Assembly: GCF_006345805.1 (NCBI RefSeq)
Contig: NW_021826044.1
Location: forward strand, 1 to 13,914
Reading direction: 5' to 3'
Origin: Octopus sinensis
Lineage: Eukaryota
Length of the DNA: 13,914 nt
The notes under the pieces are model-generated. The model had not been told where the DNA came from and did no database searches. It worked only from the letters and a program-made list of their open reading frames with translations. Of the stretch, positions 1-8,565 are shown one piece after another (the stretch's first letter is position 1; each line of letters starts with the position of its first letter). The translations under genes were made by a program, and so were the position numbers.

Positions 1-37
1 CACACCCACACACACACACACACCACACACACACACA
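1..37. repeat. (CA)n microsatellite, truncated by the window edge
   Basis: Imperfect CA dinucleotide run. Confidence 0.95.
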
Positions 38-45
38 TTTATATA

Positions 46-277
46 CAGAGTTGGCCAAAAGTTACCTGACAGTAAATCAAAACTATTTAATTCCAAGATT
101 TATTTTTATATTCAGCAACTGAACGAATTTAATAAAAGCGTCTAAATATGAAACATCATGAAAATTGTTCAAACTGAAGTCTTTGAGCAACACATTTTTC
201 CATTTGAGTAAATACAGAATTACAGATAGTAATTATGGAATTTCGATTTACTGTCGGGTGACTTTTGGCCAACCCTG
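46..277. mobile_element. Tc1/mariner-type MITE (232 bp)
   Basis: 37-bp TIRs: left CAGAGTTGGCCAAAAGTTACCTGACAGTAAATCAAAA (46-82); the right end 241-277 reverse-complements to CAGGGTTGGCCAAAAGTCACCCGACAGTAAATCGAAA (4 mismatches). TA at 44-45 on the left, AA on the right (decayed TA TSD). AT-rich non-coding interior. Confidence 0.85.
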
Positions 278-291
278 AATATAATGATTTC

Positions 292-503
292 GGCTGTGTG
301 CTGGTAGAGTCGTTAGCACGTGGGGCAAAATACCGGTATTTCTTCCGTCTTTATGTATCGAGTTCAAATTCTGTCGAGGTTGACTTTGCTTTTCATCCTT
401 TCGGATTCAATAAAATAAGTACCAGTCGAGCCCTGGGGGCTGATGTAATCGACTTACCCCCGGCCCCGAAATTGCTGGCCTTGTGACAAAGTTTGAAACC
501 AAT
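292..503 (+). mobile_element. tRNA-derived SINE, family A (label used in this answer)
   Basis: A-box-like TGGTAGAGTCG, B-box GAGTTCAAATTC and central motif GACTTTGCTTTTCATCCTTTCGGATTCAATAAAATAAGTACCAG. Aligns with the copy at 3376-3593. Possible decayed TSD ATAATGATT (281-289) / ATAACGATT (510-518). Confidence 0.85.
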
Positions 504-540
504 ACATAAATAACGATTCTTCCAGCACCGCCCTAAATGA

Positions 541-1010
541 TATTTTCGAAACTAGTAACAAAGCAATTTTGGCAGGAGGGAAATTTCACTTAAAAATGGT
601 ACTTTATTATATATTATAAATGGTACTTTATTATGTGGAGGCGCAATGGCCCGATGGTTAGGATCGTAGGTCGTAGGTCGTAGGATCGTGGTTTCGATTC
701 CCAGACCGGGCGTTCTGAGTGTTTATTGAGTGAAAACACCTAAAAGCTCCACGAGGCTCCGGCAGGGGGTGGTGGCGATCCCTACTGTACTCTTTCGCCA
801 CAACTTTCTCTCACTCTTTCTACTGTGGGCCTGCTCGCTTAGCCAGCGGGGTGTCGTCATTTGAAGGCTAAAAACAATGCGAAGCGCATTGTGACCAGCG
901 ATGTATAGCAACATCTGATAGTCTGGTCGGTGACGTGATCATGTGATTATATATTATATATGGTACTTCCGTTCAACCTCCGGAAAGAATGGAAGACAAA
1001 GCTTATCAAA
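541..1010 (-). mobile_element. Old degenerate family A SINE remnant, split by the 635-945 SINE
   Basis: 961-1002 (TGGTACTT...CCGGAAAGAATGGAAGACAAAG) and 545-582 (TTTCGAAAC...GCAATTTTGGCAGGAGGG) loosely match the reverse complement of the family A centre and tail. Confidence 0.4.
635..945 (+). mobile_element. tRNA-derived SINE, family B
   Basis: Head GGAGGCGCAATGGCCCGATGGTTAGG...GGTTTCGATTCC (A and B boxes) and a GTGATC-type tail. Full-length match to the inverted copy at 4888-5197. Flanked by a 23-bp direct repeat, 606-628 and 946-968 (1 mismatch). Confidence 0.9.
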
Positions 1011-1532
1011 GAAAATTAGTTTTCAGTTTGGAAAACAAAACACCGGGGTAAATTCTATGACATAAGCATGTTGCTCGAAGCTCCACCGATTTTACCAACC
1101 AGCCAACCAGCCAGACTGAAAACTGTCACCAGTGACGAAAGTAACAAAATGGCGTCGATTCAACAATTGATTCGAGACTGTCTTTTTTACAAGTTTTATT
1201 CACAATGAAGATTTAGTTATTGAATAATGCTATTACACAATAAATGTAAAATAAGATAAAATTACACTGGAATCTGAACTGTGATAATCTTTAATTGGTT
1301 GACTTGGTAAGAGTAATTTGAAGACATCTGACACGTTAGTCATTGGTTGTTTGTAAACATGAACTACAGACGGCCGTCGTTTTAACTCATCGTTGAAAAC
1401 GGAATCCTCCCGAATAGCTATTTTCATAGAAAATCAATTCAGATACTTGAAAGCCTCATTGTAGGTGAAATACAAATGTAAATTGATTCTTTTTGTGCTC
1501 CTAAAGTGCAGAATATCAGGAAAAGAGTTTCT

Positions 1533-1939
1533 GGATCTTTTCGGTTTGAACGGTAGTTTTTCTAGCGATGTCATATGAAATTGTCACCCATAATTATGAC
1601 CCTAGAATCGATCTATTGCATTTCAATCTGTTTTAGGGTTAGGGTTAGGGGGGTATCTTTTTTTCTTCACAAATGTAAATAAATCCAATCTGTTTTTTAA
1701 ATGAGGGACATATTCATACGGCACAGAGTGTTGTTTACCTCAATGGACGTCAGTGATTGGCTGAAATTGCAGAAATTGAAGAAAAAACAACAACAAATAT
1801 CTTACAAACCATAGAATTTTCTCAATAAAGCCAAGAGAAAAAGATGTTTTATAAACACATTCTACCAGTATACGAAGTTTAAAATCTTTTAGTTACCTAG
1901 AAATTATGTTAAAAACTGCTGTTCAAACCGAAAAGATCC
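1533..1939 (+). mobile_element. Merlin-like non-autonomous DNA transposon (MITE), copy 1
   Basis: TIR GGATCTTTTCGGTTTGAACRGYAGTTTTT at both ends and a perfect 8-bp TSD GAGTTTCT (1525-1532 / 1940-1947). GG termini with an 8-bp TSD fit the Merlin/IS1016 superfamily (assignment inferred). Strand is arbitrary. Confidence 0.9.
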
Positions 1940-2313
1940 GAGTTTCTTGGCAGACTGCTTCCTCTTTTGTTGAATGTTTCTCAGTGAAGACTAACCAAGC
2001 TTCCTTATAGAATAAAAAAAAGTACAGATCTGCTTCTAAATTAAAAAAGGTCATAAATTAAACTAGATCCATAGTGGATAGCTTAATTTGCATGCTTGTG
2101 CATTTGGCGGTTTGTCATTAATTAAGCAATATCTATAACACAGCATAAATCATAAAAAGTGAAATAAATTTGAATATGACAAAGCCTCAAGTGTTTAAAA
2201 ATATTAATATAAACACATTTTTTCTATGCTGTTGATGGATGAAAAAAGTGGGATGGTGTCTCGTGACGGACCGATTCACGATTTACTGACTGCTCCTCAA
2301 ATCAATGTCCCAT

Positions 2314-2737
2314 GGATCTTTTCGGTTTGAACGGTAGTTTTTTTAAATAATTTCCACGTAACTAAACACTTTAAACTTCGTATACTGGTAGAATGTGTTT
2401 ATAAAACATCTTTTTCTCTTGGCTTTATTGAGAATATTCTATAGTTTGTGAGATATTTGTTGTTTTTTTCTTCAATTTCTGCAATTTCAACCAATCAATT
2501 ACGTCTATTGAGGTAAAAAAAACATTCTGTGCCGTATGAATATGTCCCTCGTTTAAGAAACAGGTTGGGTTTATTTACATTTGTGAAAAAAAAAAGATAC
2601 CCTTCCCCCCACCCCTAACCCAAACCCTAACACTAAAACAGATTGAAATGCAATAGATCGATACTAGGGTCATAATTATGGGTGACAATTTCATATGACA
2701 CCGATTGAAAAAACTGCCGTTCAAACCGAAAAGATTC
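2314..2737 (-). mobile_element. Merlin-like MITE, copy 2, inverted relative to copy 1
   Basis: Same TIRs, perfect 8-bp TSD TGTCCCAT (2306-2313 / 2738-2745). The interior is the reverse complement of 1533-1939 with scattered substitutions and indels. Confidence 0.9.
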
Positions 2738-2989
2738 TGTCCCATTTTAGGCAACATTTAGCCACTTTTTTTTCCCCAAAGTCGGATACGAAAATCGAAA
2801 TTTGTGTTCATGGAACAAATCTACGAACGACATCACTACATAAAATGTTGAAATACATGCCAGAAAACCAACGGAGACGACTGTTAAATCGGGCTGTCAG
2901 ACAGTAGGAGCAAGTAAAGAATTTGCAACCCAGCACTTAGAGAAGCAGATTTTGAGAGGATACAAGGTAAGTGTAGCATAGGCAGTAGC

Positions 2990-3200
2990 TTTCACGTTGC
3001 CCTGCCGCTAGCCGTCGTCACCAGCAGCATTGCGAACACGCAACCCACCCGCTCGCAGTTCGTCGTCACGTGCCAGCGTCGTTGGCCGGCCGGCCGGCCG
3101 GTTTGGTGTCAGGATTTTACGCGCGTGTGCAATGATGAAAAAACCGCCATTTCCTTTGTTTTGCATAGCGTCATGTATCGTTGGGCGAACAGACTAATGG
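2990..3200. promoter_or_regulatory. Small CpG/GC-rich island of unknown function, possibly regulatory
   Basis: Locally CpG-dense in an AT-rich window. Contains CACGTG (3067-3072) and (GGCC)4 (3084-3099), and follows a consensus donor AAG|GTAAGT at 2967/2968. Confidence 0.25.
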
Positions 3201-3375
3201 TCAAACTGTCTCACAGCGTTCGAGTATTTGAATAGTTGTGTGTGTGGGGGTGGGGGAGTTATGTCCATCAGCTGTTGTCACATTTAGAAGGGATTCAGAG
3301 CTATGAGCCGCACTTTTCATGAAGATCACTGAACCGTCTTCCTTTAACTGGGAATGGTAAGCAATCTTTTTATAA

Positions 3376-3593
3376 GGCGGCGAGCTGGCAGAAACGTTAG
3401 CACGCCGGGCGAAATGCGTAGCCGTATTTCGTCTGCCGTCACGTTCTGAGTTCAAATTCTGCCGAGGTCGACTTTGCCTTTAATCCTTTCGGGGTCGATA
3501 AATTAAGTACCAGTTACGCACTGGGGTTGATTTAATAGACTTAATCCGTCTGTCTGTCTTTGTTTGTCCCCCTCTGGGTAGTATAAAGAAAGA
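3376..3593 (+). mobile_element. tRNA-derived SINE, family A (subfamily with a TTGTTTGTCC tail)
   Basis: GGCGGCGAGCTGGCAGAAACG head, GAGTTCAAATTC B-box and GCCTTTAATCCTTTCGGGGTCGATAAATTAAGTACCAG centre. 17-bp TSD GGTAAGCAATCTTYTTA (3356-3372 / 3594-3610). Confidence 0.92.
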
Positions 3594-3929
3594 GGTAAGC
3601 AATCTTCTTAGTGCTCTAGCGGTTTGCACTTGTAATGTCTGATCTGATGAATGGTTATCTTGCGGACAAAAGCAAAATGGCCGAGGACCGACAATTTACT
3701 CTTTGGTTAAGTACATACTCAAGTACTACTTAAAGAGATAGTAAGGGTGGGAAGCAAGTACTAGAAATATGAGTAAATATGGAAATAATACTTAGATGTT
3801 CGAGGGTCCCATGTCTCGACACTGAATACGAGAAGACCAGTTTCTAAATCCCTTCACTGCCCGAAAACTTGTAGCAGAAACATGACTCCGGAAGCAACAA
3901 CAGTAGTAACGTCGGTGCCCAGCTTGCCT

Positions 3930-4497
3930 GTATATGTATGTATGTATGTATGTATATATGTATGTATGTGTATATGCATGTATGTGTGTATGTATGTATG
4001 TATATATGTATGTATGTATGTATGTGTGTGTATGTGTGTGTATGTATGTGTGTGTGTGTATGTATGTATGTATGTATGTATGTATGTATGTATATATATA
4101 TATATATATATAAATATATATATATGTTGTATGTTTGTGTGCATGTGTATGTATGTATGTGTGTATGTGTGTATGTATGAGTGTATGTATGAATGTATGT
4201 ATGTATGTATCCATTTATGTATGTATGTACACATGTTATGAATGCATGTGTGTATGTGTGTATTTACGTATGTATGTGTGTATGTATGTATATGTGTATG
4301 TATGTATGTATATGTGTATGGATGTATGTACAAATGTTATGAATGTATGTGTGTTTATTTATTTATGTATGTATGCATGCATGTATTTATGCATGTATGT
4401 ATGTATGTATGTATGTATATAGATGTATATATATATGTATATATATGTATGTATGTATGTATCCATGTAAGTATGTATGCAATGTATGTATGTATGT
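3930..4497. repeat. Compound (TATG)n/(TG)n/(TA)n microsatellite
   Basis: About 570 bp of TATG-dominated repeats. It is the source of the YVCM/HTYI pseudo-ORFs. Confidence 0.97.
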
Positions 4498-4575
4498 GTC
4501 TAGCCTAATTGTGCTTATCTGTAGCTCTACCTCTATATCAGCTGATCTTGGATTTTTCTTATAGCCACTCCGCAA

Positions 4576-4868
4576 GCGTCGGGCTTACAGTCGTGAGGTT
4601 GTGAGTTCGATTCCCGGACCGGGCTGTGTGTTGTGTTCTTGGAGCAAGGCACTTTATTTCACGTTGCTCCAGTTCACTCAGCTGTAGAAATGAGTTGCGA
4701 TGTCATTGGTGCTAAGTTGTATCGGTTTTTGCCTTTCCCTTGGATAACATCAATGGCATGGAAAATGGAAGCTGGTATGTATGAGTGACGATAAACAGCT
4801 TTGCCCGGATGTGTGCCTTGGAGAGTAACTTTCTAGGTGCAAACCAAAGGGGATCTTTGCCCTTACCC
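4576..4868 (+). mobile_element. CORE-like tRNA-derived SINE (family C), 5'-truncated
   Basis: B-box GAGTTCGATTCC followed by TTGTGTTCTTGGAGCAAGGCACTTTATTTCACGTTGCTCCAGTTCACTCAGCTGTAGAAATGAG, which resembles the MIR/CORE domain. The same domain occurs at about 13390-13455. Confidence 0.8.
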
Positions 4869-4887
4869 CATATGTATATTTATATAT

Positions 4888-5197
4888 CACCGTGATCACC
4901 GTGACCGACCAGGCTATCAGATGTTGCTATACACCGCTGGTCACAATGCGCTTCGCATTGTTTTATTCTTCAAATGACGCCACCCCGGTGGCTAAACGAG
5001 CAGGCCAACAGAAGAAACAGTGAGAGAAAGTGTGGCGAAAGAGTACAACAGGGATCGCCACCACCCCCTGCCGGAGCGACGTGGAGCTTTAGGTGTTTTC
5101 GCTCAATAAACACTCAGAACGCCCGGTCTGGGAATCGAAACCGCGATCCTACCACCGCGAGTCCGCTGCCCTAACCACTGAGCCATTGCGCCTCTTC
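4888..5197 (-). mobile_element. tRNA-derived SINE, family B
   Basis: Reverse complement of 635-945 with an intact head (GAGGCGCAATGGCTCAGTGGTTAGGGCAGCGGACTCGCGG) and a (CACGGTGAT)2 tail. TSD ATATTTATATAT (4876-4887 / 5198-5209). Confidence 0.92.
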
Positions 5198-5223
5198 ATA
5201 TTTATATATATATGTATGTATAT

Positions 5224-6026
5224 CAGGGATGTGCCACCTGAAGGTAGGCAGTGCCTACCCTGAATAAAATAGATCAATAGTAACCTTTTCCTTTTATGGC
5301 AAAATGTGCACCTAATTCAATAAAATCATGAAGGTTACTCTGATAACTATGCAAAAAATGCAAATTATTTTGTTGTTTTGTAGATTAGATTGGCATAATT
5401 TGCTCCTGCCTTTCAGTCCCAGTATTAAAGCTACGTACAGAACTGCTGTAGTACACATGCTGATGGTGGTTCAATGGCCCAGTGGTTAGGGCAGCGGACT
5501 CGCGGTCATAGGATCGCGGTTTCGATTCCCAGACCGGGCGTTGTGAGTGTTTATTGAGCGAAAACATCTAAAGCTCCACGAGTCTTCGACAGGGGATGGT
5601 GGTGATCCCTGCTGTGCTCTTTCACCACAACTTTCTCTCACTCTTACTTCCTGCTTCTGTTGTACCTGTATTTCAAGGGGCCGGCCTTGTCACTCTCTGT
5701 GTCACGCTGAATATCCCCGAGAACTACGTTAAGGTTACTCGTGTCTGTGGAGTGCTCAGCCACTTACACGTTAATTTCACGAGCAGGCTGTTCCGTTGAT
5801 TCGGATCAACCGGAACCCTAATCGTCGTAACCGACGGAGTGCTTCCATTCCAGTACACATGCTGCGTACATTCCTACAACAACGTTTTCTTTACGCGATA
5901 TAAAGGCAGAAGTAAACCTGCCTTCAACTCAGTCACACGCCTGTGTTTCGCTTTCTTTTTTGTGTGTTTTACTACATAAACGTCACCAACTGCCTACCCT
6001 GAGTGATTACTAACGGCACCTACCTG
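5224..6026. mobile_element. hAT-like MITE (about 400 bp) interrupted by a SINE
   Basis: Termini CAGGGATGTGCC and GGCACCTACCTG (imperfect TIR). 8-bp TSD ATGTATAT (5216-5223) / ATGTATAC (6027-6034). Subterminal TGCCTACCCTGA near both ends and a hairpin GGTAGGCA-G-TGCCTACC (5243-5259). Confidence 0.65.
5463..5851 (+). mobile_element. SINE with the family B head and a different 3' half (family B2)
   Basis: The first ~185 bp align with the family B 5' part, after which the sequence diverges. TTCCA-type tail and a perfect 13-bp TSD AGTACACATGCTG (5450-5462 / 5852-5864). Confidence 0.9.
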
Positions 6027-6036
6027 ATGTATACAC

Positions 6037-6038
<2 letters not shown>

Positions 6039-6065
<27 letters not shown>
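6039..6065. repeat. (GT)n microsatellite
   Basis: Pure GT run. Confidence 0.97.
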
Positions 6066-6067
<2 letters not shown>

Positions 6068-6530
6068 TACTTGCTTACATCTGTTCATGTATGCATGACA
6101 TTTTTTTGCTTTGCGTTATATTATAGTTCTTCTTGAGAGAGTTCAAGTCGGCCGCTAACGAAGCGACAAGACTTTTGGAGTTTGGAGAGTTCTCGGTTTT
6201 TGTAAATATGTAGTTGAGTTGGTGTGTTGGTGGAGCTGTCGATGCACATCCAAGTGTATGCATCTTTTCACCTAAGACTCTCAGACGGAGAATCTTTGGA
6301 ATGCCTTACAGATCTTCACTGTGCCACCAACAGATTGAATTTGGAGAATCCACGACAGTTTCTTTTGTTCGTTCTCCGTGAAGCCGAATATTTCTACATG
6401 TTCGCGAAGTTTGTTAGTACATAATCTAATGTACCTATCTAACGTACATAATCTACATAATCTAATGTACAAATGAGAAATCCTAGTCAAGGTAAAAGAA
6501 CTATAAGTACTGCATTAATTCGCCATAAAA

Positions 6531-7201
6531 ATGTATGTATGTATGTATGTATGTATGTATGTATGTATGCACGCATGCATGTATGTATGTATGTATGCAT
6601 GTATGTATGCATGTATGTATGTATGTATGCATGCATCCATGCATGTATGTATGTATGTATGTATGTATGCATGTATGTATGTATGTATGTATGTAAGTAT
6701 GTATGTATGTATGTATGCATGCACGCATGCATGTATGTATGTATGTATGTATGCATGTATGTATGTATGTATGTATGTATGTAAGTATGTATGTATGTAT
6801 GTATGTATGCACGCATGCATGTATGTATGTATGTATGTATGCATGTATGTATGTATGTATGCATGCATTCATGGATGTATGTATGTATGTATGTATGTAT
6901 GTGTGTATGTATGCATGCATGCATGTATGTATGTATGTATGTAAGTATGTATGTATGTATGTATGTATGAATGCATGCATGTATGTATGTATGTAAGTAT
7001 GTATGTATGTATGTATGTATGTATGCACGCATGCATGTATGTATGTATGTATGCATGTATGTATGTATGTATGCATGCATTCATGCATGTATGTATGTAT
7101 GTATGTATGTATGTATGCATGCATGTATGTATATATGTAAGTATGTATGTATGTATGTATGCATGTATGTATGTATGTATGTATGTATGTATGTATGTAT
7201 G

Positions 7202-7230
<29 letters not shown>
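6531..7230. repeat. (TATG)n array with CATG/CACG/TAAG variants and higher-order periodicity
   Basis: 700-bp tetranucleotide array in which variant motifs recur about every 212-240 bp. Confidence 0.95.
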
Positions 7231-7232
<2 letters not shown>

Positions 7233-7672
7233 GGAGATTTGTATGTTTTGCCTTATGTATGTATTCTCGTGCATGTACTTGCATGACTAGACTTGCTCAT
7301 ATATACTTAAATGATAAACTTCTGGAAAGTTTTACAGATTTTTACAGTTCCAGTGATGGACTGGATCTGTAGTCTTCGAATTAGCTTTCTCCTTTCTGGT
7401 TTTGAGAAGCCTAATATCTCAAGGCTAGTATTTAGGCAGTATGTATGTATGTATGTATTCATATGTATACCCACGCCTAAACATTATATATATATATATA
7501 TTTACTATTAGTTATCGCCATACTAATATGGCATTCTTATAAAAATAAGAATAAAGCTGTCCGCTTATTAGCTCCATGAGGCCATCGCCTTAAGTTAGCT
7601 ATTTGATACACCAAACTGTATCCATAACCTTTGAACAAGGGAGGTCAGTCGCTCCACACTACTTGGCCGGCA

Positions 7673-7714
7673 GCTACAGACGCGTTTCGGGGTATTGCCC
7701 CTTTTCAATGCAGC
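7673..7714 (-). ncRNA. Type I hammerhead ribozyme, U3-A8 core variant, minimal palindromic stem III
   Basis: Minus-strand RNA: GCUGCA (stem I), UUGAAAA (7708-7702), GGGG-CAAUA-CCCC (stem II), GAAA (7688-7685), CGCG, UC, predicted cleavage at 7679/7678, then UGUAGC (stem I partner). Stem I extends into a rod spanning 7626-7762. Confidence 0.85.
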
Positions 7715-7803
7715 GTAGCCAGACCAGTAGGTGTCGCTTCTGACAATCTCTGTTCAAAGGTTTTATTTACCTAGCTTCGGTGGAATACATCCACTTGTTT
7801 TCA

Positions 7804-7868
7804 ATAATAGAAATATTAAAATTACTAAGTCTCTTAGAGAGACTTAGTAATTTTAATATTTCTATTAT
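7804..7868. repeat. Perfect 31-bp inverted repeat with a 3-nt spacer
   Basis: ATAATAGAAATATTAAAATTACTAAGTCTCT (7804-7834), TAG, then its exact reverse complement (7838-7868). Confidence 0.97.
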
Positions 7869-7871
7869 ATA

Positions 7872-8107
7872 TTTACTCTTTTACTCTTATTTGTTTCAGT
7901 CATTTGACTGCGGCCATGCTGGAGCACCGCCCTTTAGTCGAGCAAACCGACCCTAGGAGTTATTCTTTGTAAGCCTAGTACTTATTCTATCGGTTTCTTT
8001 TGTCGAACTGCTAAGTTACGGGGACATAAACACACCAGCATCGGTTGTCAAGCGATGTTGAGGGGACAAACACAGACACAAACATACACACCACCACACA
8101 CACCAAT

Positions 8108-8141
<34 letters not shown>

Positions 8142-8240
8142 ATATACACATACACATACACACATATATATATGTATATACATACACACCACACAATATA
8201 TATATATATATATATACATACATATATACGGCATATATAT

Positions 8241-8277
<37 letters not shown>

Positions 8278-8565
8278 GTCGTATATATGTAATATATATA
8301 TATATATACATACATATATACGGCATATATATATATATATAATATATATAATATATATATGGTCGTATATATGTATATATATACATATATATATATTAAC
8401 ATATATACGACGTCTTCTTTCAGTTTCCGTCTACCAAATCCACTCACAAGGCTTTGGTCGGTCCGAGGCTATAGTAGAAGACGACTTGCCCAGGGTGCCA
8501 CGCAGTGGGACTGAACCCGGAACCGTGTGGTCGATAAGCAAGCTACTTACCACATAGCCACTCCT
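7872..8565 (-). mobile_element. tRNA-derived SINE, family D, with an expanded internal (TA)/(TG) microsatellite
   Basis: Minus-strand head AGGAGTGGCTATGTGGTAAG...GGGTTCAGTCCC, then ACCCTGGGCAAGT (CORE-like start). Internal simple repeat at about 8070-8408, 3' body 7890-8070, (AGAGTAAA)n tail. Confidence 0.85.

Larger units (their letters stand above)
7501..7868 (-). mobile_element. Short hammerhead-bearing element (Penelope-like pLTR remnant or retrozyme-like)
   Basis: Contains a type I hammerhead. Its 3' end abuts (TA)n at 7486-7500 and its 5' end is a 31-bp foldback. These traits match described Penelope-like insertions, but the family assignment is inferred. Confidence 0.65.

Noticed and set aside
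1633-1650. Telomere or chromosome-fusion relic
   Set aside because: Only three units, internal to a MITE and mirrored in its second copy.
1233-2040. 64-aa minus-strand ORF and its extension after removing the MITE
   Set aside because: The rejoined sequence has stops in the frames examined and no recognisable motif.
2695-2907. 70-aa plus-strand ORF
   Set aside because: It starts inside the MITE end and shows no recognisable homology.
3131-3335. C-box-like ATGATGA suggesting a C/D snoRNA
   Set aside because: There is no CTGA D-box at a plausible distance and no terminal stem.
3644-3680. CTGATGA hammerhead-like heptamer
   Set aside because: No stem II plus GAAA follows, and no stem I can form.
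3792-4575. ORFs of YVCM/HTYI repeats (also 6473-7372, 8011-8557, 9976-10704)
   Set aside because: They are translations of stop-free TATG/TA microsatellites, open in several frames on both strands.
5463-5545. tRNA-like sequences with A and B boxes (also near 635, 5190, 8560, 13309)
   Set aside because: Each continues into a SINE body, usually with a tail and TSD, and lacks a clean acceptor stem. They are SINE heads, not tRNA genes.
6531-7230. CRISPR-like or prokaryotic repeat system
   Set aside because: There are no unique spacers, no cas genes and no operon structure, and the context is eukaryotic.
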